In this document: one piece after another, positions 8,827 to 18,234 of the stretch
Position numbering within the stretch: position 1 is the first letter of the stretch
How the letters are laid out: every line of letters begins with the position of its first letter
Source of the DNA: Candidatus Eiseniibacteriota bacterium
GTDB lineage: Bacteria; Eisenbacteria; RBG-16-71-46; CAIMUX01; VGJL01
Assembly (NCBI GenBank): GCA_041946735.1
Contig: JBHGAY010000019.1
Location: 1 to 64,000, forward strand
Reading direction: 5' to 3'
Length of the DNA: 64,000 nucleotides
Program-made: the position numbers and the translations under genes
The notes under the pieces: model-generated
Seen by the model: only the letters and a program-made list of their open reading frames with translations
Database searches by the model: none
Told to the model about the DNA's origin: nothing

Positions 8827-9976
8827 CGGAGTCCCCCCCTTCGGACGATTCCCTCGCCTCCGGATCGATCTCGTCGGCCGGAGCGATGAACCAGCGCCTC
8901 GGCCATGGCTCCTCCCCCAGCGGCTCTCCCCGATCGACCCGCCAAGCGAACGGGAAGCGGGACGTCGCCACCGGGACCACGCGCTCCTCTTCGACTCGCT
9001 CCGGCGGGACGGCCTGCAGGATCGCCCGGATGCGGTGCAGGAGCTCGCCGATCCCCTCGCCCGTCTGCGCGCTGAAGCGCATCGGCGTCTGCCCTTCGAC
9101 CGTAGGCTTTGCGGATTCGTCCTGGGCGAGATCGCTGCGCGAGATCGCGACGATCTGCGGGCGCCGTGCCAGCTCCGGGCTGAAGGAATGCAGCTCGGCG
9201 CGGAGCATCCGCAGGTCGCGCTCCCGATCGCGCGAGAGGGCGTCGATCAGGAACAGGAGCAGCCTCGTCCTCTCGATGTGCTTCAGGAAGCGGATTCCGA
9301 GGCCGCGCCCCTCGTGCGCGCCCGCGACGAGCCCCGGGATGTCGGCCATCACGAAGCTGAAAGATTCTCCGACGGCGACGATCCCGAGATTCGGCTGCAG
9401 CGTGGTGAACGGATAGTCCCCGATCCGGGGCCGTGCGTTGGAGACGCGCGCGAGGAGCGTCGACTTCCCGACGTTGGGCAGGCCGACGAGGCCGACGTCG
9501 GCAAGGAGCCGGAGCTCGAGAATCAGCTCCCTCTCGGTCCCCTCTTCGCCCGGAGTCGCGATGCGGGGCGTCCGCCGCCGGGCCGACTTGAAATGGACGT
9601 TCCCCTTGCCCCCTTTGCCCCCCCGTGCGACGGCGATCGAGGCTCCGGGCTCGACGAGGTCCGCGATCCACGCTCCCGTCTTCGCGTCCTTTACGATCGT
9701 GCCCGCAGGAACGCGGATGAGCACGTCGGCGCCGTTTCGCCCGAAGCACTGCTTGCGTCCACCGTCGGCGCCGCGCTCGGCGGCGAAGCTGGTCTGATGC
9801 CTGAGATGGAGGAGGGTGCGCAGGTCGGGATCGACCAGCAGCAGGACGTCCCCCCCTTTGCCGCCGTCGCCACCGTCGGGGCCGCCGCGCGGGACGAACT
9901 TCTCCCGGCGGAAACTGACGCACCCGTCGCCGCCGCGTCCCGCAAGAACGCGAATGCGCGCCTCGTCGACGAACAT
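8819..9976 (-). CDS. obgE: GTPase ObgE/CgtA
   Basis: MFVDEA, FRREKFVPRGGPDGGDGG, GLPNVGKST, YPFTTLQPNLG and DIPGL. Confidence 0.97.
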   Translation of the reverse strand: MFVDEARIRVLAGRGGDGCVSFRREKFVPRGGPDGGDGGKGGDVLLLVDPDLRTLLHLRHQTSFAAERGADGGRKQCFGRNGADVLIRVPAGTIVKDAKTGAWIADLVEPGASIAVARGGKGGKGNVHFKSARRRTPRIATPGEEGTERELILELRLLADVGLVGLPNVGKSTLLARVSNARPRIGDYPFTTLQPNLGIVAVGESFSFVMADIPGLVAGAHEGRGLGIRFLKHIERTRLLLFLIDALSRDRERDLRMLRAELHSFSPELARRPQIVAISRSDLAQDESAKPTVEGQTPMRFSAQTGEGIGELLHRIRAILQAVPPERVEEERVVPVATSRFPFAWRVDRGEPLGEEPWPRRWFIAPADEIDPEARESSEGGDSGA

Positions 9977-10033
9977 CCTGCTCTGGTTCCCCCGCCCGTG
10001 GCGCGGCCTCCACCCGGATTCCGGGGGTGGCCG

Positions 10034-10411
10034 TCAGTCCTTGCCGGCGCTCGGGCCCGAGGAGGAGGGCTTCGTGGACTTCGACTCGCCTCCGCCTCCC
10101 CCCGTCCCGCCCGGCTTCTTCGCTTCGCCGCTCCCGCTTCCCGCGCTCCCGTTCGGCTTCTTCGCCCCGCCGCTCGCGCCGCTCGTAGACGCCGGCACGC
10201 TCTCGGCCTTCGCCTTCGCTTTATACTCGGGACTCCGGTAGTCGGTGATGTAGAAGCCGCTCCCCTTGAAGAGGATTCCCGCCCCGGTGCCGATCAGGCG
10301 ACGGAGCTTGCCGTCGCAGCGCGGACAGACCTGCTCCGGCGGATCGCTCATCTTCTGGAACAGCTCGAACGCATACCCACAGTGGTCGCACACGTAGTCG
10401 TAGGTCGGCAT
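10034..10411 (-). CDS. FmdB-family zinc-ribbon protein
   Basis: MPTYDYVCDHCG...CPRC...FKGSGFYITDY with a low-complexity tail. Confidence 0.92.
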   Translation of the reverse strand: MPTYDYVCDHCGYAFELFQKMSDPPEQVCPRCDGKLRRLIGTGAGILFKGSGFYITDYRSPEYKAKAKAESVPASTSGASGGAKKPNGSAGSGSGEAKKPGGTGGGGGESKSTKPSSSGPSAGKD

Positions 10412-10529
10412 TTCTCCTCGATCCTCGCTGCTCTATCGTTTCGTTGCCGGTCGCTCTCCTGCCGGCCGCGGCCACTTGCCGGACCCGGGCGGCGCACCGG
10501 CGCCGCCCGCGTGGGAATTCGCTATCAGC

Positions 10530-11756
10530 CTACCCCATCCGAGCCGCCGGCCTTCGCCCGGCGAGCGCCTCGCGCATCCGCCCGAGACCGCGCTCGAGCG
10601 TTTCCTCGGACGCCGCGAACGAGATTCGCATGTACCCGGGAGCCCGGAACGAGGCGCCGGGCACCGTCGCCACTCCGGTCTTCTCCAGCAACCAGAAGAC
10701 CAACTCGCGGTCGGTCGTGAGCGCCGGCGCTCCCGGGGCTCCCTGTCCTGCGGGATCGAGCAGCCCCACGATCCTCGGAAAGAGGTAGAAGGTCCCCTCG
10801 GGACGGAACAGCTCGAGCCCCGGGACCCCCTCGAGCAGCCGCATCACGAGGTCCCGGCGACGCTCGAACGCCCGGCGCATCGCTTCGGCCTCCTCGTCGC
10901 ACGCGTGGAGTGCGTGACGGACCGCTTCCTGGGAGACGGAGCAAGGGTTGCCCGCCTGGTGGCTCTGAATCGCCGAGGCCGCCTGGATCCAGTCCTTCGG
11001 TCCGGCTGCGTAGCCGATTCTCCATCCGGTCATCGAGTAGGTCTTCGAGACGCCGCTGACGACGGCCACCGACTCGCGCAGCGCCGGCTCCACCGTCACG
11101 AGCCCGGCGTGCCGCCTTCCGTCGAACAGGATCTTCTCGTAGATCTCGTCGGCGACGACCCACAGCTTCTTCTCGAGGATCACGGCCGCGAGCGCGCGAA
11201 GCTCCTCCGGGGCGTAGACCGCGCCGGTCGGATTGCACGGGCTGTTCAGGATCAACCCGACGGTGCGCGGGGTGATGGCCGCGCGGAGCTTCTCGGCGGC
11301 CATCTTGAAGCGGTCCTCGAGCGCCGTCTCGACGTAGCGCGGCTCGCCGCCGAGCAGCGCCACCATCGAGGGATAGCTGACCCAGGCGGGGGTCGGCAGG
11401 AGCACCTCCTCTCCGGGGCTCAGCACCGCCGCGAGCATGTTGTGGATCGAGTGCTTCGCGCCGCTCGAGACCAGGATCTCGCCGGCCGGGTCGTACTCGA
11501 GCCCCTGCTCGCGCCGCATCTTTTCCGCAATCGCCTGGCGCAGCTCGATCGTCCCCATCGGAGAGGTGTAGCGGGTCTTCTGCTCGCGGATCGCGCGGAT
11601 CCCCGCCTCGCACGCGGACTCCGGAGTTGGGAAGTCCGGTTGCCCGACGCCGAAGTTGTACACCTCGAGCCCCTCGCGCTTGCGCGCGCGCACCAGTTCG
11701 TCCACCGCCCCGGTCTCGGAGAGACCGACCTTCGATGCGAACCGAGAGATCTTCAT
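10530..11756 (-). CDS. PLP-dependent class I aminotransferase (aspartate aminotransferase-like)
   Basis: GQPDFPTP, NSPCNPTG, ADEIY and SKTYSMTGWRIGY. Confidence 0.95.
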   Translation of the reverse strand: MKISRFASKVGLSETGAVDELVRARKREGLEVYNFGVGQPDFPTPESACEAGIRAIREQKTRYTSPMGTIELRQAIAEKMRREQGLEYDPAGEILVSSGAKHSIHNMLAAVLSPGEEVLLPTPAWVSYPSMVALLGGEPRYVETALEDRFKMAAEKLRAAITPRTVGLILNSPCNPTGAVYAPEELRALAAVILEKKLWVVADEIYEKILFDGRRHAGLVTVEPALRESVAVVSGVSKTYSMTGWRIGYAAGPKDWIQAASAIQSHQAGNPCSVSQEAVRHALHACDEEAEAMRRAFERRRDLVMRLLEGVPGLELFRPEGTFYLFPRIVGLLDPAGQGAPGAPALTTDRELVFWLLEKTGVATVPGASFRAPGYMRISFAASEETLERGLGRMREALAGRRPAARMG

Positions 11757-12295
11757 CGTCCCCTCCCCCTGCCGTTGCCTTTCCCCACCACCTCGCGAGC
11801 CTGCAAGCGGTACCGCTCCCGCAGGCGCCGGCCCACCAGCGGAGGAACGAGCCCCCGCAGGTTGCCGCCATTGCGCGCGATCTCCTTCACGATCCCCGAG
11901 TTCACGAACGAGAGATTCCCCGACGGCATCAGGAAGACCGTCTCGAGCTCCGGCGAGAGCTTCTGGTTCAGCGTCGCCATCTGGAACTCGTACTCGAAGT
12001 CCGAGATGAACCGGAGTCCGCGGACCACTGCCTGAATGCGCCGCCGCCGGGCGAAATCGACGAGGAGCCCCTCGAGCACGGTCACCTCGACGGAGGGCTT
12101 CAAAGCCTCCGGGATGACCTCCCGGATCATCTCGATCCTCTCCTCGAGGGTGAAGAGCGTGTCTTTCCGGCGGCGGTCGGACGGCGCGACCGCGACGACG
12201 ATCGAATCGAAGAGGTGCAGGGCCCGGGTGAGGACGTCGAGGTGCCCGAGCGTGACCGGGTCAAACGTCCCCGGAAAGATCCCCTGTCTCTCCAT
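11753..12295 (-). CDS. coaD: Phosphopantetheine adenylyltransferase
   Basis: IFPGTFDPVTLGHLD and RGLRFISDFEYEFQMA. Confidence 0.96.
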   Translation of the reverse strand: MERQGIFPGTFDPVTLGHLDVLTRALHLFDSIVVAVAPSDRRRKDTLFTLEERIEMIREVIPEALKPSVEVTVLEGLLVDFARRRRIQAVVRGLRFISDFEYEFQMATLNQKLSPELETVFLMPSGNLSFVNSGIVKEIARNGGNLRGLVPPLVGRRLRERYRLQAREVVGKGNGRGRGR

Positions 12296-12863
12296 CCTTC
12301 CTCCCCTCCCATCCGTAGAACAGCAGGACGGCGTCACCGGCCGGGTGCGAGCGGCGCCGCAGCAAGCCGCCGATCTCCTCGGGGATCGTCCGGCGCCGCG
12401 AGGACTCCAGCACGAGCGTTCCGGAGGGCGCGAGGACTGCGCCCGGACCGCCCCTCGCCAGGCGCGCCATCCAGCTGCCCGGGTCGGCGGCATAGGGCGG
12501 GTCGGCGAGCACCCAGTCGAACGAACCCTCCTGATCTTCCAGGATCTTCAGCCCGGTTGCCACCCCTGTTGCGAGGACGTGGGCTCGCCCCTCGAGCGCC
12601 AGTTCCTCGAGATTCCTGCGCAGGCAGCGCAGCGCGCCGCTGTCGCGTTCGAGGAACCACGCCTCCCGGGCGCCCCGGCTGAGCGCCTCGATACCGAGGG
12701 CCCCGGTCCCGGCGAAGAGATCCAGCACGCGCTTGCCGGCGACGCCGGCGGCGACGATGTCGAACAGGACCTGACGCACCTGGCCTTGCGTTGGACGGGT
12801 CGGACGCCCCGCCGGGGTGTGAAGTCGCCTTCCTCGAAGATCGCCCGCGATCACGCGCAGCAT
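12261..12863 (-). CDS. rsmD: 16S rRNA m2G966 methyltransferase
   Basis: RVIAG...TRPT, LDLFAGTGALGIEALSRGA and ADPPY; adjacent to coaD as is typical. Confidence 0.95.
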   Translation of the reverse strand: MLRVIAGDLRGRRLHTPAGRPTRPTQGQVRQVLFDIVAAGVAGKRVLDLFAGTGALGIEALSRGAREAWFLERDSGALRCLRRNLEELALEGRAHVLATGVATGLKILEDQEGSFDWVLADPPYAADPGSWMARLARGGPGAVLAPSGTLVLESSRRRTIPEEIGGLLRRRSHPAGDAVLLFYGWEGRKDGETGDLSGDV

Positions 12864-12941
12864 CGCACCTCCCTGGACGACCGGACGGCCACGCCGCCCC
12901 GGCCACGATGGCGACGGTTACGGCACGAGCATGGGCTACCG

Positions 12942-13481
12942 CTAGGGCGAGCCGAGAAGCGGCAGGCCGAGCTGGATGGCGAGCTCCTCGGCGATCGAGG
13001 CGACCGTCCTCCCCTCGGTTTCGACGGTGAGCGCCGCCTCGCCATAGAGGCCTTCCCTCGCCTGCAGCAGCCCAGGGACGACGATGCGCGGATCCCGGCC
13101 GGCGAGGAGCGGACGGGTTTGCTCCGGCCGGGATTCGAGACGCCGGAGCAGCTCGTCGGACGAGGCGCGCAGCCAGACGGCCACGCATCGGGCCTGGATC
13201 CGAAGCCGGTTTCGCGGATCGAGGAGCGTTCCCCCGCCGCACCCGAGGATCCAACCTTCCTCCTCGCAGAGCGCCTCGAGCACCTCCGACTCGCGCTCGC
13301 GGAAGTACGGCTCGCCTCGTTCCGCGAAGATCTCCGCGACCGACCGTCCCTCGCGCCGCTCGACCTGCTCGTCGACGTCGGCGAACGGCATGTGCGTCAG
13401 GGCGCTCAGCGCTCTGCCGACGCTCGTCTTGCCGGAAGCCATGAATCCGATCAGCGCCACGTTCGCCCGGCCCGCAATCAT
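12942..13481 (-). CDS. aroK: Shikimate kinase
   Basis: GFMASGKTSVG, IFAERGEPYFRERE, GCGGG and RPLL. Confidence 0.94.
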   Translation of the reverse strand: MIAGRANVALIGFMASGKTSVGRALSALTHMPFADVDEQVERREGRSVAEIFAERGEPYFRERESEVLEALCEEEGWILGCGGGTLLDPRNRLRIQARCVAVWLRASSDELLRRLESRPEQTRPLLAGRDPRIVVPGLLQAREGLYGEAALTVETEGRTVASIAEELAIQLGLPLLGSP

Positions 13482-13897
13482 CACGATGGATTCTCCGGCG
13501 GCGGATCGCGGTCTTGGCCTTCTTCGAGATCGGCGGATTCGCGTGGCGCTCGCGCGCTCTGCGGCGCGCTCCCCTCCTGTGCTTTCTGCCCCGCTTGCGC
13601 TCCTTGCGGCTTCGCGGAGCCGGCCGCGGGGATCGCCCCTTCGGCCGGACGGATCCGCACCTCGCCCGAAGGCGGCGACCCCGCCGGCTTGCGAGGAGGC
13701 TCCTCGAGCGTCTGTCGCAGGCGCGGGATTTCCGACTCCGCCCTGCGGACGCTGTCCTCGACCCCCTGCAACGCCCGGCGCAAATCCCCCAGCCCCTTGC
13801 CGAGCGCGTGAGCGACCTCGGGAATGTGACGGGGACCGAACAGCAGGAAGACCAAGAGGAGAATGACGAGGAGTTCTTGGGTGCCGATGTTGAACAC
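13481..13897 (-). CDS. Twin-arginine translocase TatA/TatB family subunit
   Basis: MFNIGTQELLVILLLVFLLFGP followed by the amphipathic helix ALGKGLGDLRRA. Confidence 0.9.
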   Translation of the reverse strand: MFNIGTQELLVILLLVFLLFGPRHIPEVAHALGKGLGDLRRALQGVEDSVRRAESEIPRLRQTLEEPPRKPAGSPPSGEVRIRPAEGAIPAAGSAKPQGAQAGQKAQEGSAPQSARAPRESADLEEGQDRDPPPENPS

Positions 13898-13984
13898 GAG
13901 TCGACTCCGCGGTTCGTTCCTGGGACGACAGGGGCAGCGTACGCAGAACCGGCGGGAGGCGCAACCGAGCGCCCTGGAAACGGC

Positions 13985-14016
13985 GAGGGGGCGGAGCCCG
14001 AAGGTCCCGCCCCCTC
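13985..14016. terminator. GC-rich hairpin downstream of the PorV-like gene
   Basis: GAGGGGGCGG ... CCGCCCCCTC 10-bp stem; no clear U-tract. Confidence 0.5.
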
Positions 14017-14037
14017 CCCTGCGAACGTGCCCTTGGC

Positions 14038-15063
14038 CTAGAAGACGAACTTGAGCGCGAACATCTGGTTGTCGTCGAAGAAGTCGTCCACCATGCGTAG
14101 CGTGTAGTCTGCGACGATTCGCGACTCGCCGCCGATGGGGACCGAGAAGCCGACGCCGAAGGCGGGGCCGAAGATGTAGTCCTTGTTGTCCGTCAGGACG
14201 CCGCCGGCGCGCAGGAATGCGATCTGGCGGTACCCGAACTCCGCCCCGAGGTTGAAGGCGTCGTTGGAGAAGTTGTTCGACTGGAAGCTTCCGAAGCCGG
14301 CGATCGTGCTCGTCTCGCCGAACGAGGCCGAGTAGCGAGCGCCGATCTCGAAGTAGCTCGGCAACTCGAAGGAGGCCGACTGCGTCGCGAGGGACCGGTC
14401 GTTCGCCTGCGGGTTGTCCGAGGTGCGATGGAAGCTCTCGAAGTCGCTCCCGCGGAACTGCATGTTCGGTCCGAAGTTCTTGAGCACCAGCCCCGCCCAG
14501 ATCCCTTCCGGACCGGGCCGGTACTGGATGCCGGCGTCAAAGCAGACGCCGGTCGCGTGCGCCTGCAGAATCGACTCGTTGATCAGCTTCACGGTGCCGC
14601 CCACCGTGACCACGTCGGTCAGGAACCGTCCATAGGAGAGACCGAGCACGGAGAAGTTCGGGGAGATGGTCCGCCCTGTTCCCTCCGGGCTCTCTTCGGT
14701 CGTCTCCATGATGTCGCCCAGCGAGAACACGTCAGCCGAGATCGAGATCGTCCCGAATCCGGTTCTCGCCGCCACCGCAACGTAGTTCTTGTCCGTGTCG
14801 GCGAGGTAGGACAGGTTCGTGAAGTAGGCCTCCACGTTCCGCACCCCCGCGATCGCCGCCGGGTTGTAGTACAGCATCTCCACTCCGCCGGGATCGGCGA
14901 CCATGCCGCCTCCCAGCGCCAGGCCGCGGGCGCTGTTGGGAATCAACAGCTCCTGCGCGCCGGCCGTCCCCTTACGGTCCGGGTTTCCTGCGGTCGCGCC
15001 GCTCACGGCCAGGGCCAGGAGCAGGACCGCGCCGAAGAGAATCCGCATTCTCATGAACTTCAT
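14038..15063 (-). CDS. PorV/PorQ-family outer-membrane beta-barrel
   Basis: Signal peptide; GTAGAQELLIPNSARGLALG, YYNPA and FDAGIQY; terminal aromatic LKFVF; GAGGAGG RBS before ATG 15063. Confidence 0.85.
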   Translation of the reverse strand: MKFMRMRILFGAVLLLALAVSGATAGNPDRKGTAGAQELLIPNSARGLALGGGMVADPGGVEMLYYNPAAIAGVRNVEAYFTNLSYLADTDKNYVAVAARTGFGTISISADVFSLGDIMETTEESPEGTGRTISPNFSVLGLSYGRFLTDVVTVGGTVKLINESILQAHATGVCFDAGIQYRPGPEGIWAGLVLKNFGPNMQFRGSDFESFHRTSDNPQANDRSLATQSASFELPSYFEIGARYSASFGETSTIAGFGSFQSNNFSNDAFNLGAEFGYRQIAFLRAGGVLTDNKDYIFGPAFGVGFSVPIGGESRIVADYTLRMVDDFFDDNQMFALKFVF

Positions 15064-15089
15064 CCTCCTCACGGTTTCCGCTCCAGGTC

Positions 15090-18000
15090 CTAGAAGCGGT
15101 TGAGCCGCTCCTTCTCCACGAACACGATCATCTTGCCCGTCTTCGAGCCGACCCCCTTCGCGTCGACGTGCCAGAGGTAGACGCCGCTCGCGATCGGGAT
15201 CTGCTGGTCGTTCTCGAGGTCCCAGGGAAGCATCGAGCTGGTCGTGTCGTCCCTGTGCAGCGTGCGGATCAGCTCGCCCGAGAGCGTGAAGATCCGGATC
15301 GTCACCGGCACGGCCGGAAGGTTCGTGAAACGGACGATCCGGTCGAACTGGTTCAGCTCATAGGCGCTCTGGTTCAGGTACGGGTTCGGCACGACGCGGA
15401 TCTGATCCAGGTCGTTGCCGACGACCGTCCCCGCCCTGGAGCCCGGAGCGAAGGTGCGGAAGCGGAAGACGTCGGCCGGCGTGTTCGGCTTCGTGGTCGA
15501 GAACTGGATGACGGTCCCCTTCGGTGGCAGAACCGGCGGATCGACGTTCGCGAACACCTGCAGCCGGGCGAACAGCTCGTTCTGCGTGGTGTCGTTGTCG
15601 TAGGTGCCGTCGGCGATGTCGGCCAACAGGGCGTCCCAGTCCCCATCGAACGTGTAGGCGTAGATCCAGTCGGTCGCGGCCGCGCCGAACTGGCCGTCCG
15701 GCGTGTCGGGCGAGAAGTCGAAGGCTCCGATCGTCCCGCCGCCCGAAGAAAGGGCCGGAACGAGGCGAGTCTCTACGCCGGTCACCGGATCCTTGAGGTA
15801 GAGGCCGAACGGGACCGGGCCCCACGACTCGTCGTCGAAGACCCACCAGCCGACGTTGTCCTCGGCATAGTCCCACTTCATGATGATGTCGGCGCCGGTG
15901 AGATTGGCAAGATCGGCGCCGTCGCGCGTGAAGCGGCCTTCCCCACCGTTCCCGCCGCCCGCGGAAAAGCCCCACTCGGAGGTGGAGTTGATGCTCCACC
16001 AGAGATCGTTCCCGGGGCCACCCCACTGATCGGGAGTCACCGGAGTGCCGCCGCCCGTTCCGTCACCGTGGATGATCTCGTCGATCATCGGACGGGACGG
16101 ATCGCGGAGGTTGCGCTTGAACCCCGGCGCCGGGCCGAGCACGCGGACCATCATTCCATCGACGATCGGGTAGCCGTACTCGTTGGGGTTCGACGACTGG
16201 AGCGTCTGCCCCTCGAGCACCTTCTCCCCGGTCGCGACGTTCGTCAGGTCCCAGACGCTGCCCAGCTCGGGATCGTCGCGGAACGTGACCTCGTACTCCC
16301 CATTCTCGATGAGGTTCGGATCGGTGAAGGTCACCTGGACCGAGCCGTCGCTCGTCCCCGACACGCGATCCGCGGCCAGCGAGAGCACCGCGGAGGACGA
16401 CTTCGGGATCGCGACCACCCCTTGCGGGGAGTTCTCGAGCGCCGGCGTGATCCATCCGACCTGGTTCGGCCCGATGAAGAACGGGTTGACGTGGTTGACG
16501 TCATAGGAGTAGGCGGTGACCGCGTAGAAGTACTCCTTGTAGTTGCGCAGGGGACCACCGAGGATCATGTCCTGCGTCAGGTGCACCTGATGGACGAGAC
16601 CGTTGTTCGTCCCGTTTTGCAGGATCACCCGCTGCGGGCCGCCGAGATCGACGTTGAACTGGTCGCCGTAGATGAGCCCGACCGAATCGGCAACGTCGAA
16701 CGTGAAGATCTTGTGCCAGGGCCCTGCGATCGACTCGCCCTGGTAGACGTTGAACCCCTCGTGGTGATACTCCTCGCCCAGTTCCTCGCTGCTCTGGACG
16801 TTGTTGTCCGCCTCGGTGCCCCAGATGAGGTCGATCGCCTTGTCGCCGGGAACGGCGTAGAGGCTTGGCCGCGGTGGGGCGGAGGGGATCCGGAAGTTCA
16901 CGTCGAACACCGCCTGCGCCTGCTCGTCGTAGAGCTTCAACAGATCGACGCTCGACAGGCGGTTCGATCCCTGCGCCACGATGATCGCCGTGACGACTTC
17001 CTGCGTGTCGCCCGGCGCCATCGTGAACGGACCGGACGAGAGCATGAGACGCCGGTCGGCCGCGTTGTCGTCCAACCAGCCGGTCCCGGCGACCGGGTCG
17101 CCCGTATGCATGAAGGTCGTCACCCGGCCGGTGACCGGGTTGATCAGCTGCGATCCGTCCGCCTTGAGCCCCTGCATGTAGTTGTAGCTCTCGTTCGGGC
17201 TCGTCGGGTCGGTTCCGTTGATGTACTTGGCGAACGACGTCATCGGGAGGTTGCGATAGTCCGGGACCGGCCGGCCGCTGACGTACGCGGTGTCGCCCGG
17301 GCTCGGGACGATCGGACCCTGGAAGAAGTCGTAGCCGACGGCGGGAGGACTTCCACCGTAGATCTCGTCGTTGTTCGTGTCGTTGTAGACGTACCCCATC
17401 GAGAGCGTCGTGTCGGCACCGACCAGGTCGTCGCCGGCGCCGCCGAGGTCGGGGTCCGACCAGACGGAGACGTAGGCATCCTCGAGGGTGTCGTTGCCCT
17501 TGTTGATCATCTTGAGCTTCACGAAGATCATGTTGCCGAGCGGAGCCGGCCGGTCGAACGCGAAGGTCGTCTGCTGGACCTCCAGGTCCATCGGCGCCGT
17601 TCCGGCGGCGTTGTTGGTATGCGTCGCCGGATTGGCGTCGTTGTACACGGCCCACAGCGTCTGGTCGCCGACGAATTGAGGGTTGCCTTCCGCGTCGACC
17701 GGAGCGCCGTCCGCAACCGGCCAGTTGAGGTAGTCCTCGCTCTCCGTGTCTCCCTTGACGATCTTGTACACCCGTAGCCGCGGATCAGCCGGGCTGTCGT
17801 AGGTGATCGTGCCGTTGTCGTTGTAGATCTTCCCCGGCTGGTATTCGAGATCGTACTCGGCCACCGTCACACGGACCTCGCCGTTGACTTTCGCGCCGAC
17901 CCAGAGGCCGGCCGCGTAGACCGCGGTCTTGTCCGTGCCACGCGGGAAGAACAGGCCGGACGGGCCTCCCGGCGATTCGAGATCGCGGGCGAAGCCGCCG

Positions 18001-18176
18001 CTGTTCGTCACGAACATCGCGATGTTGTTGACGTCGATCAGCGTGTTGTTGTCGACGTCGAGTGGAACCCCCAGGTCCCCGGAGGGGACACCGGTCACCG
18101 CCGCTGCGGTTCCGATGAAGGCGAGCATCGCCCCCAGGACCAGCCCGGCGGGGATCCAGCATCCTGCCCTATTCAT
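15090..18176 (-). CDS. Large secreted protein with T9SS type-A-like C-terminal domain
   Basis: Signal peptide; WSDPDLG; FN3-like segment; C-terminal VVPNPY...IRIFTLSGELIRTL...WDL...IASGVYLWHV. Confidence 0.85.
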   Translation of the reverse strand: MNRAGCWIPAGLVLGAMLAFIGTAAAVTGVPSGDLGVPLDVDNNTLIDVNNIAMFVTNSGGFARDLESPGGPSGLFFPRGTDKTAVYAAGLWVGAKVNGEVRVTVAEYDLEYQPGKIYNDNGTITYDSPADPRLRVYKIVKGDTESEDYLNWPVADGAPVDAEGNPQFVGDQTLWAVYNDANPATHTNNAAGTAPMDLEVQQTTFAFDRPAPLGNMIFVKLKMINKGNDTLEDAYVSVWSDPDLGGAGDDLVGADTTLSMGYVYNDTNNDEIYGGSPPAVGYDFFQGPIVPSPGDTAYVSGRPVPDYRNLPMTSFAKYINGTDPTSPNESYNYMQGLKADGSQLINPVTGRVTTFMHTGDPVAGTGWLDDNAADRRLMLSSGPFTMAPGDTQEVVTAIIVAQGSNRLSSVDLLKLYDEQAQAVFDVNFRIPSAPPRPSLYAVPGDKAIDLIWGTEADNNVQSSEELGEEYHHEGFNVYQGESIAGPWHKIFTFDVADSVGLIYGDQFNVDLGGPQRVILQNGTNNGLVHQVHLTQDMILGGPLRNYKEYFYAVTAYSYDVNHVNPFFIGPNQVGWITPALENSPQGVVAIPKSSSAVLSLAADRVSGTSDGSVQVTFTDPNLIENGEYEVTFRDDPELGSVWDLTNVATGEKVLEGQTLQSSNPNEYGYPIVDGMMVRVLGPAPGFKRNLRDPSRPMIDEIIHGDGTGGGTPVTPDQWGGPGNDLWWSINSTSEWGFSAGGGNGGEGRFTRDGADLANLTGADIIMKWDYAEDNVGWWVFDDESWGPVPFGLYLKDPVTGVETRLVPALSSGGGTIGAFDFSPDTPDGQFGAAATDWIYAYTFDGDWDALLADIADGTYDNDTTQNELFARLQVFANVDPPVLPPKGTVIQFSTTKPNTPADVFRFRTFAPGSRAGTVVGNDLDQIRVVPNPYLNQSAYELNQFDRIVRFTNLPAVPVTIRIFTLSGELIRTLHRDDTTSSMLPWDLENDQQIPIASGVYLWHVDAKGVGSKTGKMIVFVEKERLNRF

Positions 18177-18234
18177 AGAACCTCCTTGTGGGGCCGCTCG
18201 TGATTCCCCGCGAGCGCCCCGATCCTCCGCCCAC

